Of a stretch of 64,000 nucleotides of DNA, positions 10,598-20,616 are shown in pieces (within the stretch, counting starts at the first letter, position 1; each line of letters opens with the position of its first letter). The stretch is taken from the NCBI GenBank assembly GCA_051652765.1, contig JBOFUV010000034.1:32001-96000 (forward strand). The letters run 5' to 3'. Under the pieces are notes generated by a model that was given only the letters and a program-made list of their open reading frames with translations, had not been told where the DNA came from and ran no database searches. The stretch comes from Microcoleaceae cyanobacterium. GTDB lineage: Bacteria; Cyanobacteriota; Cyanobacteriia; Cyanobacteriales; Microcoleaceae. The position numbers were made by a program, and so were the translations under genes.

Positions 10598-12835
10598 CTA
10601 CTGAGTGTCAGGCTTGTCTGGAGTAACCGGTTTATTCAGCTCAATATTGACCTCTTGAGGTTGTAGGCGAGGCAAGGGTTCATTGGTGGGCGACTCATTA
10701 TAACGATTGCTCGGCTCATTGGGATAGCTTTCAGACTGGGATGGGGTTTGTTGAGGTTCCTCAGGGGGCTCAACGGAAGGCGGATTTAACCACGCTTCCC
10801 AATCCCGAATCTGTCCCTGGGCAGCATAATAAGCAGAACTCCCATAGGGAATTTTTCTTAAGGTTGCGATCGCCCCCTCCACATCATAAGTTGATTGATC
10901 TAGGCCAGTCTGCAAAAGTTGCTGACTCCAATCATCAATCAGTTGGTTCGCTTGACTCCGCCAAGAACTGGACAGGGAAACCCGAGAGGCCAGTTTGATC
11001 GCTAGGGCTAGAGAATCCGCTGTGCCGCCACTAGCTGCCTGCTCTGCACCTTGAATGCTTTGAACATCCTGCAACTGAACTTTCCAGCGATTAATATTGG
11101 ACTGGGCCTCACCATGGAGAACAATTCCGGGTCTGACTTTTCCGGCTAGGGCGATCGCCTGCGTTAATCTTCCCTCTGAAGCCAATTGTTGAGCCTGATC
11201 CAGCAAGGGTTGGTACTCCATGCGCTGACTTCGTTCTGACCACTCAGCAATGCGAGATTGGGCTTCTGAATACAATGATCGATCCTGACTAATTTTTTGG
11301 GCGTGGGTAATCGCCTCCTTCAAAGACTCCACATCTCCAAAGCTAGCCACCTGATCCGCCATTTCCAAGTAGGGCATATCCTCAATTTCTTGAATCCGAT
11401 TTGTCCACCGAATTGCTTCAGCTTCAGCGTCAGACCCTCGGGGGTTAGAGGCGGGGACAGCTCTCAACTGAGCGACGGCAACCTTAAGGTCTCTGACCTC
11501 TCCAGACTGGGCCAGCTTCCGGGCTTTTTCTAACACTCCAACATCCGCAATTTCTCTCTGCCAGTTTTGGATATACTGTTGAGCTTGGCGGTAAAGCGGG
11601 CGATCCCGGCTGATCTTTCTCAACTGGGAAATCGCATCTTTTAGCCCTGCAACAGTATCCAAGGCAGCAGGGGCATGGGCTTGGGCCATCAAGGTGAAAT
11701 CATCAACCTCTTGCCGTAGATTGGCACGATTTGGAATTTGTTTCACAATATTGGACGCTCTCTGCCAGTCTCCCTCCGCTAGAACACCTTCCGCAATTTT
11801 AAGTAAACTTTTGCTGTACTGGGTAATCACCTGAGCCGCCCGATCATAAAGATAGCTTTCCTCGCCGATCTCTTGAACCTTGGTGATCGCCTTGACCAAA
11901 CTTTCCTCACCCCCCCGATCCGCTAAATCTTTCGCTGCAACTAACTTGGCACTCTCTTCACGGGTGATTTGGATCAAATCCGTCAGTTTTCGATACTGGG
12001 TCGTTTCCCAATGTCGGTTGCCCACATTCAAGAGCTGAGTTGCTTCCCGAAAGGCAAGGGTCGTCTCTTCCCGTCGCAACTTTTCCTCAACCTTGCGATA
12101 AATTGCTTCTGCCTTCTTCCAGAGAGACTCCCATGCCCTCACTTGTTCTTCTACTTTGGCATGGGCTGGGGTTCCTTCAGGAACTTTACGAGCACCCTGA
12201 ACCGCACCCGACAAGTCTCCAGCTTGAAAGAGTTCTTCACTGAGGGTGAGAATATCGATTGACCAGCTTTCAATTCGACGATTAATTTCAGGTCGCAGGG
12301 GATGATCTTGCGGTAGTCGATCCACCAATTGAATGGCAGAGAGTAAGTCCTCTGCCGTTTGCTTACCTGCTGCAATTTCAGCACAATAGAGCCTGAGGGA
12401 AGCAGAAGCAACAGGCCAGAAAATTTTAGGGCAATTCGGCAAGGAGGGTGACTTGAGTAAGAGGTTGCTGGCCATATATCCAATCCCTGCTGGAGTTACC
12501 ACCAGCAAAGCTATCCATAGAGGGGCTAGCCGCAGCAGCAATTTCAGCGATATATTTGGTTTAGGGACTGGAGAAGAAGGTGTCAACTGAGATGAATGAG
12601 TCGGCTGGACTAGATTTAAAACATCTGAATTTGTAACAGAGGATGGATCATTCCGGGGCTCTTCCCTGGATACCCGCTTTTCCTGCAGTCCAGAATTGAG
12701 CAATGTACGCAGTTCTCTGAGGCGATCAGCACGACTTTTTCGGGCTGGAGGCTGCTCTGGACTTGGATCTCCAGAGGCTGACGAGGACAAGGATGCATCT
12801 GACCAGGGACTTGGTCTATTGTGCTTTTTACTCAT
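10598..12835 (-). CDS. Conserved cyanobacterial membrane-anchored helical-repeat protein of unknown function
   Basis: 745 aa: disordered N-terminus, one TM segment, LPNCPKIFWP.ASASLRLYCA motif and repeated 'A..I....P.Y..AQ..I..W' helical units. No Walker motif. Confidence 0.7.
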   Translation of the reverse strand: MSKKHNRPSPWSDASLSSSASGDPSPEQPPARKSRADRLRELRTLLNSGLQEKRVSREEPRNDPSSVTNSDVLNLVQPTHSSQLTPSSPVPKPNISLKLLLRLAPLWIALLVVTPAGIGYMASNLLLKSPSLPNCPKIFWPVASASLRLYCAEIAAGKQTAEDLLSAIQLVDRLPQDHPLRPEINRRIESWSIDILTLSEELFQAGDLSGAVQGARKVPEGTPAHAKVEEQVRAWESLWKKAEAIYRKVEEKLRREETTLAFREATQLLNVGNRHWETTQYRKLTDLIQITREESAKLVAAKDLADRGGEESLVKAITKVQEIGEESYLYDRAAQVITQYSKSLLKIAEGVLAEGDWQRASNIVKQIPNRANLRQEVDDFTLMAQAHAPAALDTVAGLKDAISQLRKISRDRPLYRQAQQYIQNWQREIADVGVLEKARKLAQSGEVRDLKVAVAQLRAVPASNPRGSDAEAEAIRWTNRIQEIEDMPYLEMADQVASFGDVESLKEAITHAQKISQDRSLYSEAQSRIAEWSERSQRMEYQPLLDQAQQLASEGRLTQAIALAGKVRPGIVLHGEAQSNINRWKVQLQDVQSIQGAEQAASGGTADSLALAIKLASRVSLSSSWRSQANQLIDDWSQQLLQTGLDQSTYDVEGAIATLRKIPYGSSAYYAAQGQIRDWEAWLNPPSVEPPEEPQQTPSQSESYPNEPSNRYNESPTNEPLPRLQPQEVNIELNKPVTPDKPDTQ

Positions 12836-12974
12836 GCGAATGCTACTCTAAGACAACTCTCACCACACTAGTGCTACCTATGCTTCCCACAACACTATTC
12901 GGGGTTTAGCTATTGTCTCAGATTGTATCCTAACCTGCAATCTGCTAGAACAAACTTCTTCATCAGACCTTGAA

Positions 12975-13039
12975 CAGTAAGTTTAGAAGCAGTAAGTTTA
13001 GAAGCAGTAAGTTTAGAAGCAGTAAATTTAGAAGCAGTA
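12975..13039. repeat. 15-bp tandem repeat CAGTAAGTTTAGAAG x4.3
   Basis: Units at 12975, 12990, 13005 and 13020 (one mismatch), plus a partial unit at 13035. Confidence 0.95.
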
Positions 13040-13062
13040 CAAGTGAGTCTGAGATAATAAAT

Positions 13063-13740
13063 ATGGAAATTGAAATTTTACACCGACCTGACTGCGCGAT
13101 CGCCCAAATCAAACTTGCCCCACGGGAAGAATTAGTAGCAGAGGCAGGCACAATGGTCGCCATGGGCGACAACATTACTGCTAGCACAACTTTAAGACAG
13201 GGAAAAGGAGGTGGAATTCTCGGAGGATTAAAGCGTTTAGTTGCCGGAGAATCTCTTTTCTTGAGTGTGTTTCGTTCGCCAGTAAGTGGGGAAGAAATCT
13301 TTTTAGCGCCAAAATTTCTAGGAGATATTGTGCACTATACTGTGTCCCAGGTGGGGTTGGTAGTACAAGCAAGTTCCTATCTGGCTAGCAGCACAGATGT
13401 TGATGTCGATTTGGGATTTCAAGGATTTAAATCTTTGCTGTCTGGAGAATCTATTTTTTGGCTAGATATTAGTGGTCGGGGAGATCTTTTACTCAGTTCT
13501 TTCGGGGCAATTTATGAAATTGATGTTAAAGATGATTATATTGTTGACACAGGCCATATTGTTGCGTTTGAAAAAAGTCTGAATTTCAAAATTACAAAGC
13601 CTAGTTCGAGTTGGCTAGGATCATTTTTGGGAGGTGAAGGGTTTGTTTGTCGGTTTGAAGGAAAAGGAAAAATCTTCTGTCAAACCCACAATCCTAATAC
13701 GTTTGGTCGCCTAATTGGGCCGATGCTGCCGCCACGATAG
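13063..13740 (+). CDS. TIGR00266/AIM24-family protein
   Basis: AEAGTMVAM, GESLFLS, YIVDTGHIVAF and GEGFVCRFEGKG motifs. Start moved to ATG 13063 because the upstream extension is just the tandem repeat. Confidence 0.9.
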   Translation: MEIEILHRPDCAIAQIKLAPREELVAEAGTMVAMGDNITASTTLRQGKGGGILGGLKRLVAGESLFLSVFRSPVSGEEIFLAPKFLGDIVHYTVSQVGLVVQASSYLASSTDVDVDLGFQGFKSLLSGESIFWLDISGRGDLLLSSFGAIYEIDVKDDYIVDTGHIVAFEKSLNFKITKPSSSWLGSFLGGEGFVCRFEGKGKIFCQTHNPNTFGRLIGPMLPPR

Positions 13741-13753
13741 AGATGAGAATTTT

Positions 13754-13815
13754 TTTTAAGCAACACTTTTAAGCAACACTTTTAGACAACACTTTTAGAC
13801 AACAGTTTTAAGCAA
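13754..13815. repeat. 13-bp tandem repeat TTTTA(AG/GA)CAACAC x~4.8
   Basis: Units at 13754, 13767, 13780, 13793 and a partial unit at 13806. Confidence 0.9.
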
Positions 13816-13923
13816 GGAATGAGTCCTAATTAACCAGGATTGTCATCTCCCCACTTCAAGACTAAAGATTCAGAGCTAACAGTTAGAATCCAACAGTTAG
13901 AATCCAACAGTTCAGGAGTCAAT

Positions 13924-14622
13924 ATGAATCAAAAAATTTCCTATCAAGTCAGTCATGCTCCTTCCTACGCTTCTTTGCAGTTAAAATTGCAACCCAATCA
14001 AACAGTTATTGTTGAAGCAGGGGCAATGGCAGCCATGGATACATGTATCAAAATGAAGTCCAAAATGAAAGGCGGACTAATGAAAGGTTTAGGAAGAATG
14101 CTAACAGGTGAATCTTTATTTCTGAGTGAATTCACCGCAGTCGATCAACCTGGGGAACTCTATTTATCTCCGGGGGTTCCTGGAGAAATTCAACATTATT
14201 ATTTAAATGGTAATTCCCTCCTGGTTCAATCCTCAGGATTTGTTGCCTCAGGAACAGGCGTAGAACTGAATACAAAATTTCAAGGGGTCAAAGGATTTTT
14301 TAGTGGAGAATCTTTGTTTCTGATTCAGGTAACCGGTCATGGAGATCTCTGGTTTAGTTCCTATGGAGCAATTTTAGAAGTGCCTGTAGATGGAGATTAC
14401 TTGGTTGATACTGGCTATGTGGTTGCTTTTGAAGATACATTAAACTACACCGTAGAAATGTTAGGCGGTTTATCGTTTAAAGGATTAAAAACAGGAATTT
14501 TTGGGGGAGAAGGTTTGGTCTGTCGCTTTCGAGGTCAAGGACGACTTTGGGTGCAATCCCGTCACTTATTTCCTTTGATAAACTTCCTCAATCCCTTTCG
14601 ACCCACAAAAAGCAATAATTAA
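13924..14622 (+). CDS. TIGR00266/AIM24-family protein (second paralogue)
   Basis: VEAGAMAAM, GESLFLSEF, YLVDTGYVVAF and GEGLVCRFRGQG motifs; GGAG ribosome-binding site upstream of ATG 13924. Confidence 0.9.
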   Translation: MNQKISYQVSHAPSYASLQLKLQPNQTVIVEAGAMAAMDTCIKMKSKMKGGLMKGLGRMLTGESLFLSEFTAVDQPGELYLSPGVPGEIQHYYLNGNSLLVQSSGFVASGTGVELNTKFQGVKGFFSGESLFLIQVTGHGDLWFSSYGAILEVPVDGDYLVDTGYVVAFEDTLNYTVEMLGGLSFKGLKTGIFGGEGLVCRFRGQGRLWVQSRHLFPLINFLNPFRPTKSNN

Positions 14623-14887
14623 CAATAATTGGTCATAACTAAGCTACTGCCCTGCAATTTCTGCATCTGTTCACTCATATAATTCTCACAGTTTTTGTAC
14701 TTTTCTAATCCGTTTGCTAAGGCTGAGCTTGACGGGAAGCGTCCTATTGCCCATGTGTCTAGTCTATTGCTTGTTAAAGTTGAACTGAACCCTCCACTGT
14801 GAAAATTTGCCTTATAATTTTGCCTTATAGTACTGGGCTTAAACCAGAAGTTGCCTGCGCTGAGCCGTTTGAAAAAAGGAAAAGATC

Positions 14888-16129
14888 ATGTCAGAGTGGA
14901 AAGAAATCCCCGGTGGAGTGACCGCGCCAAAGGGTTATCAGGCAGCAGGGATTGCTGCCGGTCTCAAGCCTTCAGGGGCACTAGATTTAGCCTTGATTCT
15001 TTCGGAAGTCGGTGCGATCGCCGCAGGGGTCTTTACCACCAGTCAGGTTCGGGCCGCTTGTGTAGATTACTGCCGCCAACGGCTACAGACCAAAGCCAGC
15101 GCTAGAGCAATTCTCTGTAATGCTGGGCAGGCTAATGCTGCCACTGGAGAACAGGGATGGGCCGATGCCTTGGAAAGTGCCGAGGTGTTGGGCAGGGCGT
15201 TAAATATTCCCCCAGATTTAATCCTGCTCGCCTCAACAGGGGTGATTGGTCAACGGATTAGGATGGATGCTCTCAAAGCCGGGATTCCAAAACTCGTAGC
15301 CCAAGCCTCAACCGAAGGCGGAGAAATTGTTGCAAAAGCCATTCTCACCACGGATTTAGTGCCAAAATCCATTGCGCTGGAGGCTCATTTTGGCGATCGC
15401 CCGGTTCGGATTGGCGGGATCGCCAAGGGCTCAGGCATGATTCACCCCAATATGGCAACGATGTTGGCCTTCATTACTTGTGATGCTGCCGTATCTCCTC
15501 TGCTTTGGCAAGAAATGCTCAGTCGGGCGGCCAACCGGAGTTTTAACCAAATTACCGTTGATGGAGATACCAGTACGAATGATGCTCTGATTGCCCTGGC
15601 TAATGGTCAATCCCGCACCCCAGCCATTACAGACAAAGGCCCGGAAGCCGACAAACTAGAAGCAATGTTAACTGAAGTTTGCGAACATCTGGCTAAGGCA
15701 GTCGCCCGCGACGGAGAAGGCGCAACTTGTCTGATTGAGGTTCAGGTGAGCGGTGCGATTGATGAAGATGCTGCGAGTAAGATTGCAAGAACAATTGCTG
15801 GATCGTCTCTGGTCAAGTCTGCTATTTTTGGCCGTGATCCAAACTGGGGGAGAATTGCTGCAGCAGCAGGCCGAGCAGGAGTTCGGTTTGATCAAGACCA
15901 GTTACAAATTCAGTTGGGTGATTTTCTGCTGATGCAGAAGGGTCAGCCGTTGCCTTTTGATCGTAGGGCTGCGAGTGACTATCTGAAGCAAGTTCCTCAA
16001 AAAGTCTATCTCAAGGAAGATACCGTTCAGATTTCTGTTGCGGTAGGAGAGGGCATCGGCAGAGCCAAAGCTTGGGGCTGCGACTTGAGTTATGACTATG
16101 TCAAGATTAATGCAGAGTACACAACGTAA
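14888..16129 (+). CDS. argJ: Bifunctional ornithine acetyltransferase / N-acetylglutamate synthase
   Basis: KGSGMIHPNMATML autocleavage motif, DGDTSTND, ARDGEGAT and C-terminal NAEYTT. Confidence 0.98.
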   Translation: MSEWKEIPGGVTAPKGYQAAGIAAGLKPSGALDLALILSEVGAIAAGVFTTSQVRAACVDYCRQRLQTKASARAILCNAGQANAATGEQGWADALESAEVLGRALNIPPDLILLASTGVIGQRIRMDALKAGIPKLVAQASTEGGEIVAKAILTTDLVPKSIALEAHFGDRPVRIGGIAKGSGMIHPNMATMLAFITCDAAVSPLLWQEMLSRAANRSFNQITVDGDTSTNDALIALANGQSRTPAITDKGPEADKLEAMLTEVCEHLAKAVARDGEGATCLIEVQVSGAIDEDAASKIARTIAGSSLVKSAIFGRDPNWGRIAAAAGRAGVRFDQDQLQIQLGDFLLMQKGQPLPFDRRAASDYLKQVPQKVYLKEDTVQISVAVGEGIGRAKAWGCDLSYDYVKINAEYTT

Positions 16130-16296
16130 GTAGTCAACGTAAGTAGTCACTATTCAAAAGATTGGGTCTTAGGGGCCACACCTTGTCTCCTTAAATCTTA
16201 GATGTTCTTGAGCTTAAAACCTTGCCCTCCCTGGGAGAAAGCTTTAAGCTATTGAGTGCGTAAAGTTTCTTGTAGATATTTTTCAGAAATAGTGTC

Positions 16297-16677
16297 TTGA
16301 ACGATCAGCTTGTTAACACTGAAATTGAGAGTAGGCTCAGGCGGGTTGTCTTGATTGTTCTAATTGTGGCCTTGGGAATTCTGACCTGGGTTGCTACTGA
16401 TCGAGTACTGAGAGTTTCAGATCCCTATGTCGAGAGCGTACTGACTCAGGTTGGTGATTCAACCAGAGGCCATGCGATTTTTTTAATGAACTGTGCAGGA
16501 TGCCATGCCCAGCAGTCAGGCCGTCAAGTTGGGCCAAGTCTACATGAAGTTTCTCAACGCAAGTCTCAGGTGAGGATTATTAAGCAGGTGATTAGTGGAA
16601 AGACTCCCCCAATGCCACAGTTTCAGCCGAATCCTCAAGAGATGGCTGATTTGTTGAGCTATATAGAACGGCTCTAG
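16297..16677 (+). CDS. cytM: Cytochrome cM
   Basis: N-terminal TM helix, DPYV..VL, haem motif CAGCH, VGPSL and GKTPPMPQF. Confidence 0.9.
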   Translation: MNDQLVNTEIESRLRRVVLIVLIVALGILTWVATDRVLRVSDPYVESVLTQVGDSTRGHAIFLMNCAGCHAQQSGRQVGPSLHEVSQRKSQVRIIKQVISGKTPPMPQFQPNPQEMADLLSYIERL

Positions 16678-16721
16678 GCAGAGATTGATCTCCTTCTTAG
16701 GCTGTGAAGTGAAGTTTGGCC

Positions 16722-16751
16722 TTGACGAATAGAGGTTGGTTCAAGTAAGAT
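16722..16751 (+). promoter_or_regulatory. Putative sigma70-type promoter of the tRNA-Ala gene
   Basis: TTGACG-18 bp-TAAGAT, ending 17 bp upstream of the tRNA 5' end. Confidence 0.55.
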
Positions 16752-16768
16752 TGAAAATGCTGAAATAA

Positions 16769-16841
16769 GGGGCTATAACTCAGTTGGTAGAGTGTCACAA
16801 TGGCATTGTGAAAGTCAGCGGTTCGAGTCCGCTTAGCTCCA
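16769..16841 (+). tRNA. tRNA-Ala(GGC)
   Basis: 73-nt cloverleaf: acceptor GGGGCTA/TAGCTCC with G3:U70, anticodon stem TCACA/TGTGA, loop AT-GGC-AT and GTTCGA T-loop. CCA is not encoded. Confidence 0.97.
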
Positions 16842-17027
16842 TCTCCCAAAGTCAATCTCATCCATACGTTTAGGGGTTTGTTTTTTAAACAACCTAGTTA
16901 ATGGGTGTCACAATTACGATTCAAAGGCTCTACTTCACCCTGATGAAGAAAAGCTGAGAAGGATGGCCGGAATCTTATTTTTTAGTCAATTGTTAAAGAT
17001 ATCTTTCCAGCAAGAGGCGATCGGTCA

Positions 17028-17924
17028 TCAATACCGCCGAATGTTAAAACAACACCATTCTGCGCGTTTCCATAGCGTTGCGACAATCCAGCCATGCTGC
17101 TCTAGGGTATCAGCAATTGGCTTGGCTTGATCCAATAAAACGCCACTGAGAATGCCCCAAGAAGTTGGTTTAACCAAGATTTCAAATTTAGGGATGAGGT
17201 CAATAATGACCTCAGCCAAAATATTACACATGAGACCATCAACGGGTTCATCTATGATTTCTATCAATCGTTCAATGCTGCCCTGTTCTACAATGAATTG
17301 CTGAGGCAGAATGCGATTAAGCTTACGGTTCATCCGAGACGACTGAATTGCCAGGGAATCTGTGTCCACGCCGTAGACTTTCCCAGCTCCTAGCAAAATT
17401 GCTCCAAGGGAGAGAATTCCAGAGCCACAGCCAATATCTGCTAGCACTAAACGGTGATTATCGGAACCGGAGCCCAATCGCATTTCTAGAGACTCTAAAC
17501 AAAGCTGAGTAGTGGCATGGGCACCCGTCCCAAAGGCAACACCCGGATCTAAGCGCAGGAGCAGACGGTCTATAGGCCCCGGAGAATCTAACCAAGCCGG
17601 ATAGATTAAAAAGCGATCGCCAATCTCCGTCGGTTCCCAATGCTGCTTCCAGCTACTTGACCAGTCCTGCTCATCGATCAAATCCCATCGAACAACGGGG
17701 ATAGGAGCCTCCATGCAGAGAGCATCCTGGCGGAACCTCAAGGCCAAGGCCGCTAAATCCAGTAAACGAGCATCCTCTTCCGGTAGATAAGCGGTGACGA
17801 CCCGCAACTGGTTCTTGCTCTCAGTGGCAGTTCCCCGACAGCCAAAGTTCTCCAGCCGCCAGAAGACAGAATCTTCTAGGGCTGGATCACAGAGAACGTT
17901 AATTTCCCACCAGCTATGAACCAT
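17028..17924 (-). CDS. prmA: Ribosomal protein L11 methyltransferase
   Basis: [24 protein letters not shown] and NILAEVI motifs. Confidence 0.97.
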   Translation of the reverse strand: MVHSWWEINVLCDPALEDSVFWRLENFGCRGTATESKNQLRVVTAYLPEEDARLLDLAALALRFRQDALCMEAPIPVVRWDLIDEQDWSSSWKQHWEPTEIGDRFLIYPAWLDSPGPIDRLLLRLDPGVAFGTGAHATTQLCLESLEMRLGSGSDNHRLVLADIGCGSGILSLGAILLGAGKVYGVDTDSLAIQSSRMNRKLNRILPQQFIVEQGSIERLIEIIDEPVDGLMCNILAEVIIDLIPKFEILVKPTSWGILSGVLLDQAKPIADTLEQHGWIVATLWKRAEWCCFNIRRY

Positions 17925-17963
17925 ATTCTCACCTTAGGATGGAGGAACTTGGCAAGAAAACCA

Positions 17964-19547
17964 CTACAGGTTCACTGTGTAAGCATCTCGAATACCAGGC
18001 ACTTTTATAATCTCACTTAACAGCCCCTCTGGTAAGGGGTCATCCAGACTGAGTACCATGACCGCCTCTCCCCGCACAATCTTGCGCCCAACTTGCATAC
18101 TGGCAATATTAACGTTGAAACTACCCAACAAAGATCCGATCTTGCCAATAATTCCGGGCATATCTCGATGCAATGTAAACAGCATGTAGGGGCTGGGTGG
18201 CACATTGATTGGGAATCCATCAACATTGGTGACGCGCATCTCGCGATCGCCTAACAGCGCCCCTGTGACCGCATGGCTGCCCAGGGAGCCTTTGACTTCT
18301 AGATGAACCGATCCAGCATAGTCTGTGACCGTTGCATCCCGGGTCTCGATCACATGAATCCCCCGTTCCTTGGCTTCAATGCTGGCATTGACGTAGTTGA
18401 CTCGTTCCCGTAAAGCCTGAGATAACAGACCTTTAAGAGCGGCAACGACGACGGGCTGGCTGTTATTATCAGCCAGTTCTCCCTGGAGTCGGACATTGAG
18501 ATAATCGACCCGTCCCCCAGCCAGTTGGCTTGCTAAGTTGCCGAGGGTTTCTGCGAGTTGTAAGTAAGGCTTGAGTTTCTCCAAGACATCGGGATAGAGT
18601 CCCGGAATATTCACGGCTGAGCGGGCCGGAAGCCCCAGCAAGACATCCCGAATCTGTTCAGCAACATCGATCGCAACATTGACCTGGGCTTCTTCTGTTG
18701 AGGCTCCTAGGTGAGGAGTCAATACAATCTTGCTGCCCAAAGCTCGCAACGGAGAATCCGCCTCTAAAGGTTCATTCTCGTAAACATCCAGAGCGGCTCC
18801 AGCAATTTTTTCCTGCTCCAAAGCTTCAGCCAAGGCAGCTTCATCAATAATGCCACCCCGAGCACAGTTGACTAATCGTGCCGTGGGTTTCATCAGATCA
18901 AAGGCTTTGCTATCAATCAAATGATGGGTCTCCGTCGTTTTCGGCATGTGGAGGGTAATATAGTCTGACTCTTGTAGTAGTAGATCTAACTCCACTAGAC
19001 GACAGCCCAACTGATCAGCTCGCTCTTGAGAAATAAAGGGGTCAAATGCCAAAAGCTTCATGCCAATCGCCTTGGCGGCGGTTGCGACATGGGAGCCAAT
19101 TTTTCCCAAGCCGACAATCCCCAAGGTTTTTTTATAGACTTCTACGCCAATGAAGCTTTTGCGATCCCACTTGCCTTCCTTGACAGATTGGTTGGCATCG
19201 GCAATGTGGCGCGAGATCGCAAACATCATGGCGATCGCATGTTCAGCCGCAGCAATCGTGTTGCCTTCGGGAGAATTCACCACTACAATGCCTTTTCGAG
19301 TTGCGGCTGGAACATCAATATTATCGACTCCAACTCCAGCTCGACCAATGATTTTAAGTTGGTCAGCCGCCTCAACTATTTCCTGGGTCACCCGAGTTCC
19401 AGAACGAATCATCAGGGCATCATAGTCTGCAATGATTTTGACAAGTTCCTCTGGAGGGAGGCCCGTTTTCACATCAACTTGAGCAACCTGAGAGAGGATG
19501 TCAATTCCAACTTGATCGACAGGATCGGAGACAAGAACCTTAGGCAT
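17964..19547 (-). CDS. serA: D-3-phosphoglycerate dehydrogenase
   Basis: MPKVLVSD start, GRAGVGVDNID, GLGKIG, TPHLGAST and C-terminal ACT domain. Start moved to ATG 19547. Confidence 0.97.
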   Translation of the reverse strand: MPKVLVSDPVDQVGIDILSQVAQVDVKTGLPPEELVKIIADYDALMIRSGTRVTQEIVEAADQLKIIGRAGVGVDNIDVPAATRKGIVVVNSPEGNTIAAAEHAIAMMFAISRHIADANQSVKEGKWDRKSFIGVEVYKKTLGIVGLGKIGSHVATAAKAIGMKLLAFDPFISQERADQLGCRLVELDLLLQESDYITLHMPKTTETHHLIDSKAFDLMKPTARLVNCARGGIIDEAALAEALEQEKIAGAALDVYENEPLEADSPLRALGSKIVLTPHLGASTEEAQVNVAIDVAEQIRDVLLGLPARSAVNIPGLYPDVLEKLKPYLQLAETLGNLASQLAGGRVDYLNVRLQGELADNNSQPVVVAALKGLLSQALRERVNYVNASIEAKERGIHVIETRDATVTDYAGSVHLEVKGSLGSHAVTGALLGDREMRVTNVDGFPINVPPSPYMLFTLHRDMPGIIGKIGSLLGSFNVNIASMQVGRKIVRGEAVMVLSLDDPLPEGLLSEIIKVPGIRDAYTVNL

Positions 19548-20020
19548 AACTCTACAAACAAATGGCGACAGTGGGGTATAAACTGCTACCCTTCCCGGAA
19601 GAACCGATAACAGGAGGGAATTCAAGCTTCCCCTCAAACTTAGATTATGAACATTCAGTAGGCTATTTTAACGGTTGCAGGGCAGAATCAAGCAGCTTCC
19701 CAATAAAAAATTAACTTTCCCCTGAGGAAACAGAGAAAACAACAGTTCCAGACTAAAACTAGAATTGCAGGGTTCCTCTGCACAGGATTGACTGATTTGG
19801 GCACAAGAGATGTCAAGTGCAGTACATTTAAAAATTTTGGAATCTAAAATTTTAATTCAGAACATTGATTCAATTAGAATATAAAAGTGATGTCTTTCAG
19901 TGCAAGGTTTCATTCCCCTTGTCTCGCTATTTCATTTGTCTGACTTTGGTTGTCTCACTTTTGTAAAATCTCCTGTAAAGTCTTTGTCAAATACTGTTTT
20001 AGCAAATTTTCTTTGTTTCT

Positions 20021-20524
20021 ATGAATTATCTTGTTGCTGTGCTTCCAGATCGGATTCAAGCTGAAGCTGCTTATGTTGCGCTTGAAAAAGCAGGATTACC
20101 GATGAATCAAGTCACAATTTTAGGCAGAGGTTATAAAACGGCAGATGAATTTGGCCTGATTGATCCCAATGAAACTGCTTGGAAACAAGCTCGATTAATG
20201 ACGACTTGGCTCGTTCCTTTTGGCTTTGTAGCCGGGTTTACCTTCAGTCTGGTCACAGGACTAGAGACCTTTTCCTGGGCAGGAGAAATTGGCAATCATG
20301 TTGTTGGGGGAATTTTAGGGGCTGTATCGGGTGCGATGGGAGGATTTTTTGTCGGGGGAGGAACAGGCTTAATTGTTGGCGGCGGTGATGCCTTGCCCTA
20401 TCGCAATCGACTCAAGTCAGGGAAATATTTAGTGGTTGTTCAGGGGGTTGAAAGTCTAATCCGCGAAGCAACCCGAGTTTTGAGGCAATACGAACCCGAA
20501 AATCTACAGGGTTATACAGCTTAA
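20021..20524 (+). CDS. Conserved cyanobacterial membrane protein (glycine-rich hydrophobic hairpin)
   Basis: 167 aa with two Gly-rich hydrophobic segments and ALPYRNRL..GKYLVVV. Confidence 0.7.
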   Translation: MNYLVAVLPDRIQAEAAYVALEKAGLPMNQVTILGRGYKTADEFGLIDPNETAWKQARLMTTWLVPFGFVAGFTFSLVTGLETFSWAGEIGNHVVGGILGAVSGAMGGFFVGGGTGLIVGGGDALPYRNRLKSGKYLVVVQGVESLIREATRVLRQYEPENLQGYTA

Positions 20525-20616
20525 GTTTATAGTGCTCAGTCTTGTCTTTGTTCTGTTCTATTTCCCTTGTTTGTCCTCTTTTCCCCTCTAACTTTACCTG
20601 TTACCTAATACCAATA

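Noticed and set aside
12963..13187. 74-aa minus-strand ORF ending in LLLNL repeats, and the SSKFR N-terminal extension of the plus-strand ORF
   Set aside because: Both are translations of the 15-bp tandem repeat.
12975..13912. Repeat arrays as a possible CRISPR array
   Set aside because: Units are 13-15 bp and directly adjacent with no unique spacers, and there are no cas genes in the window.
16769..17027. tRNA-Ala as an integration site for an island
   Set aside because: No adjacent integrase, no duplicated tRNA 3' end noticed, and the flanking genes are housekeeping.
19026..19610. 194-aa antisense ORF inside serA and the many similar short overlapping ORFs in the track
   Set aside because: Shadow ORFs of well-supported genes with no recognisable motifs.
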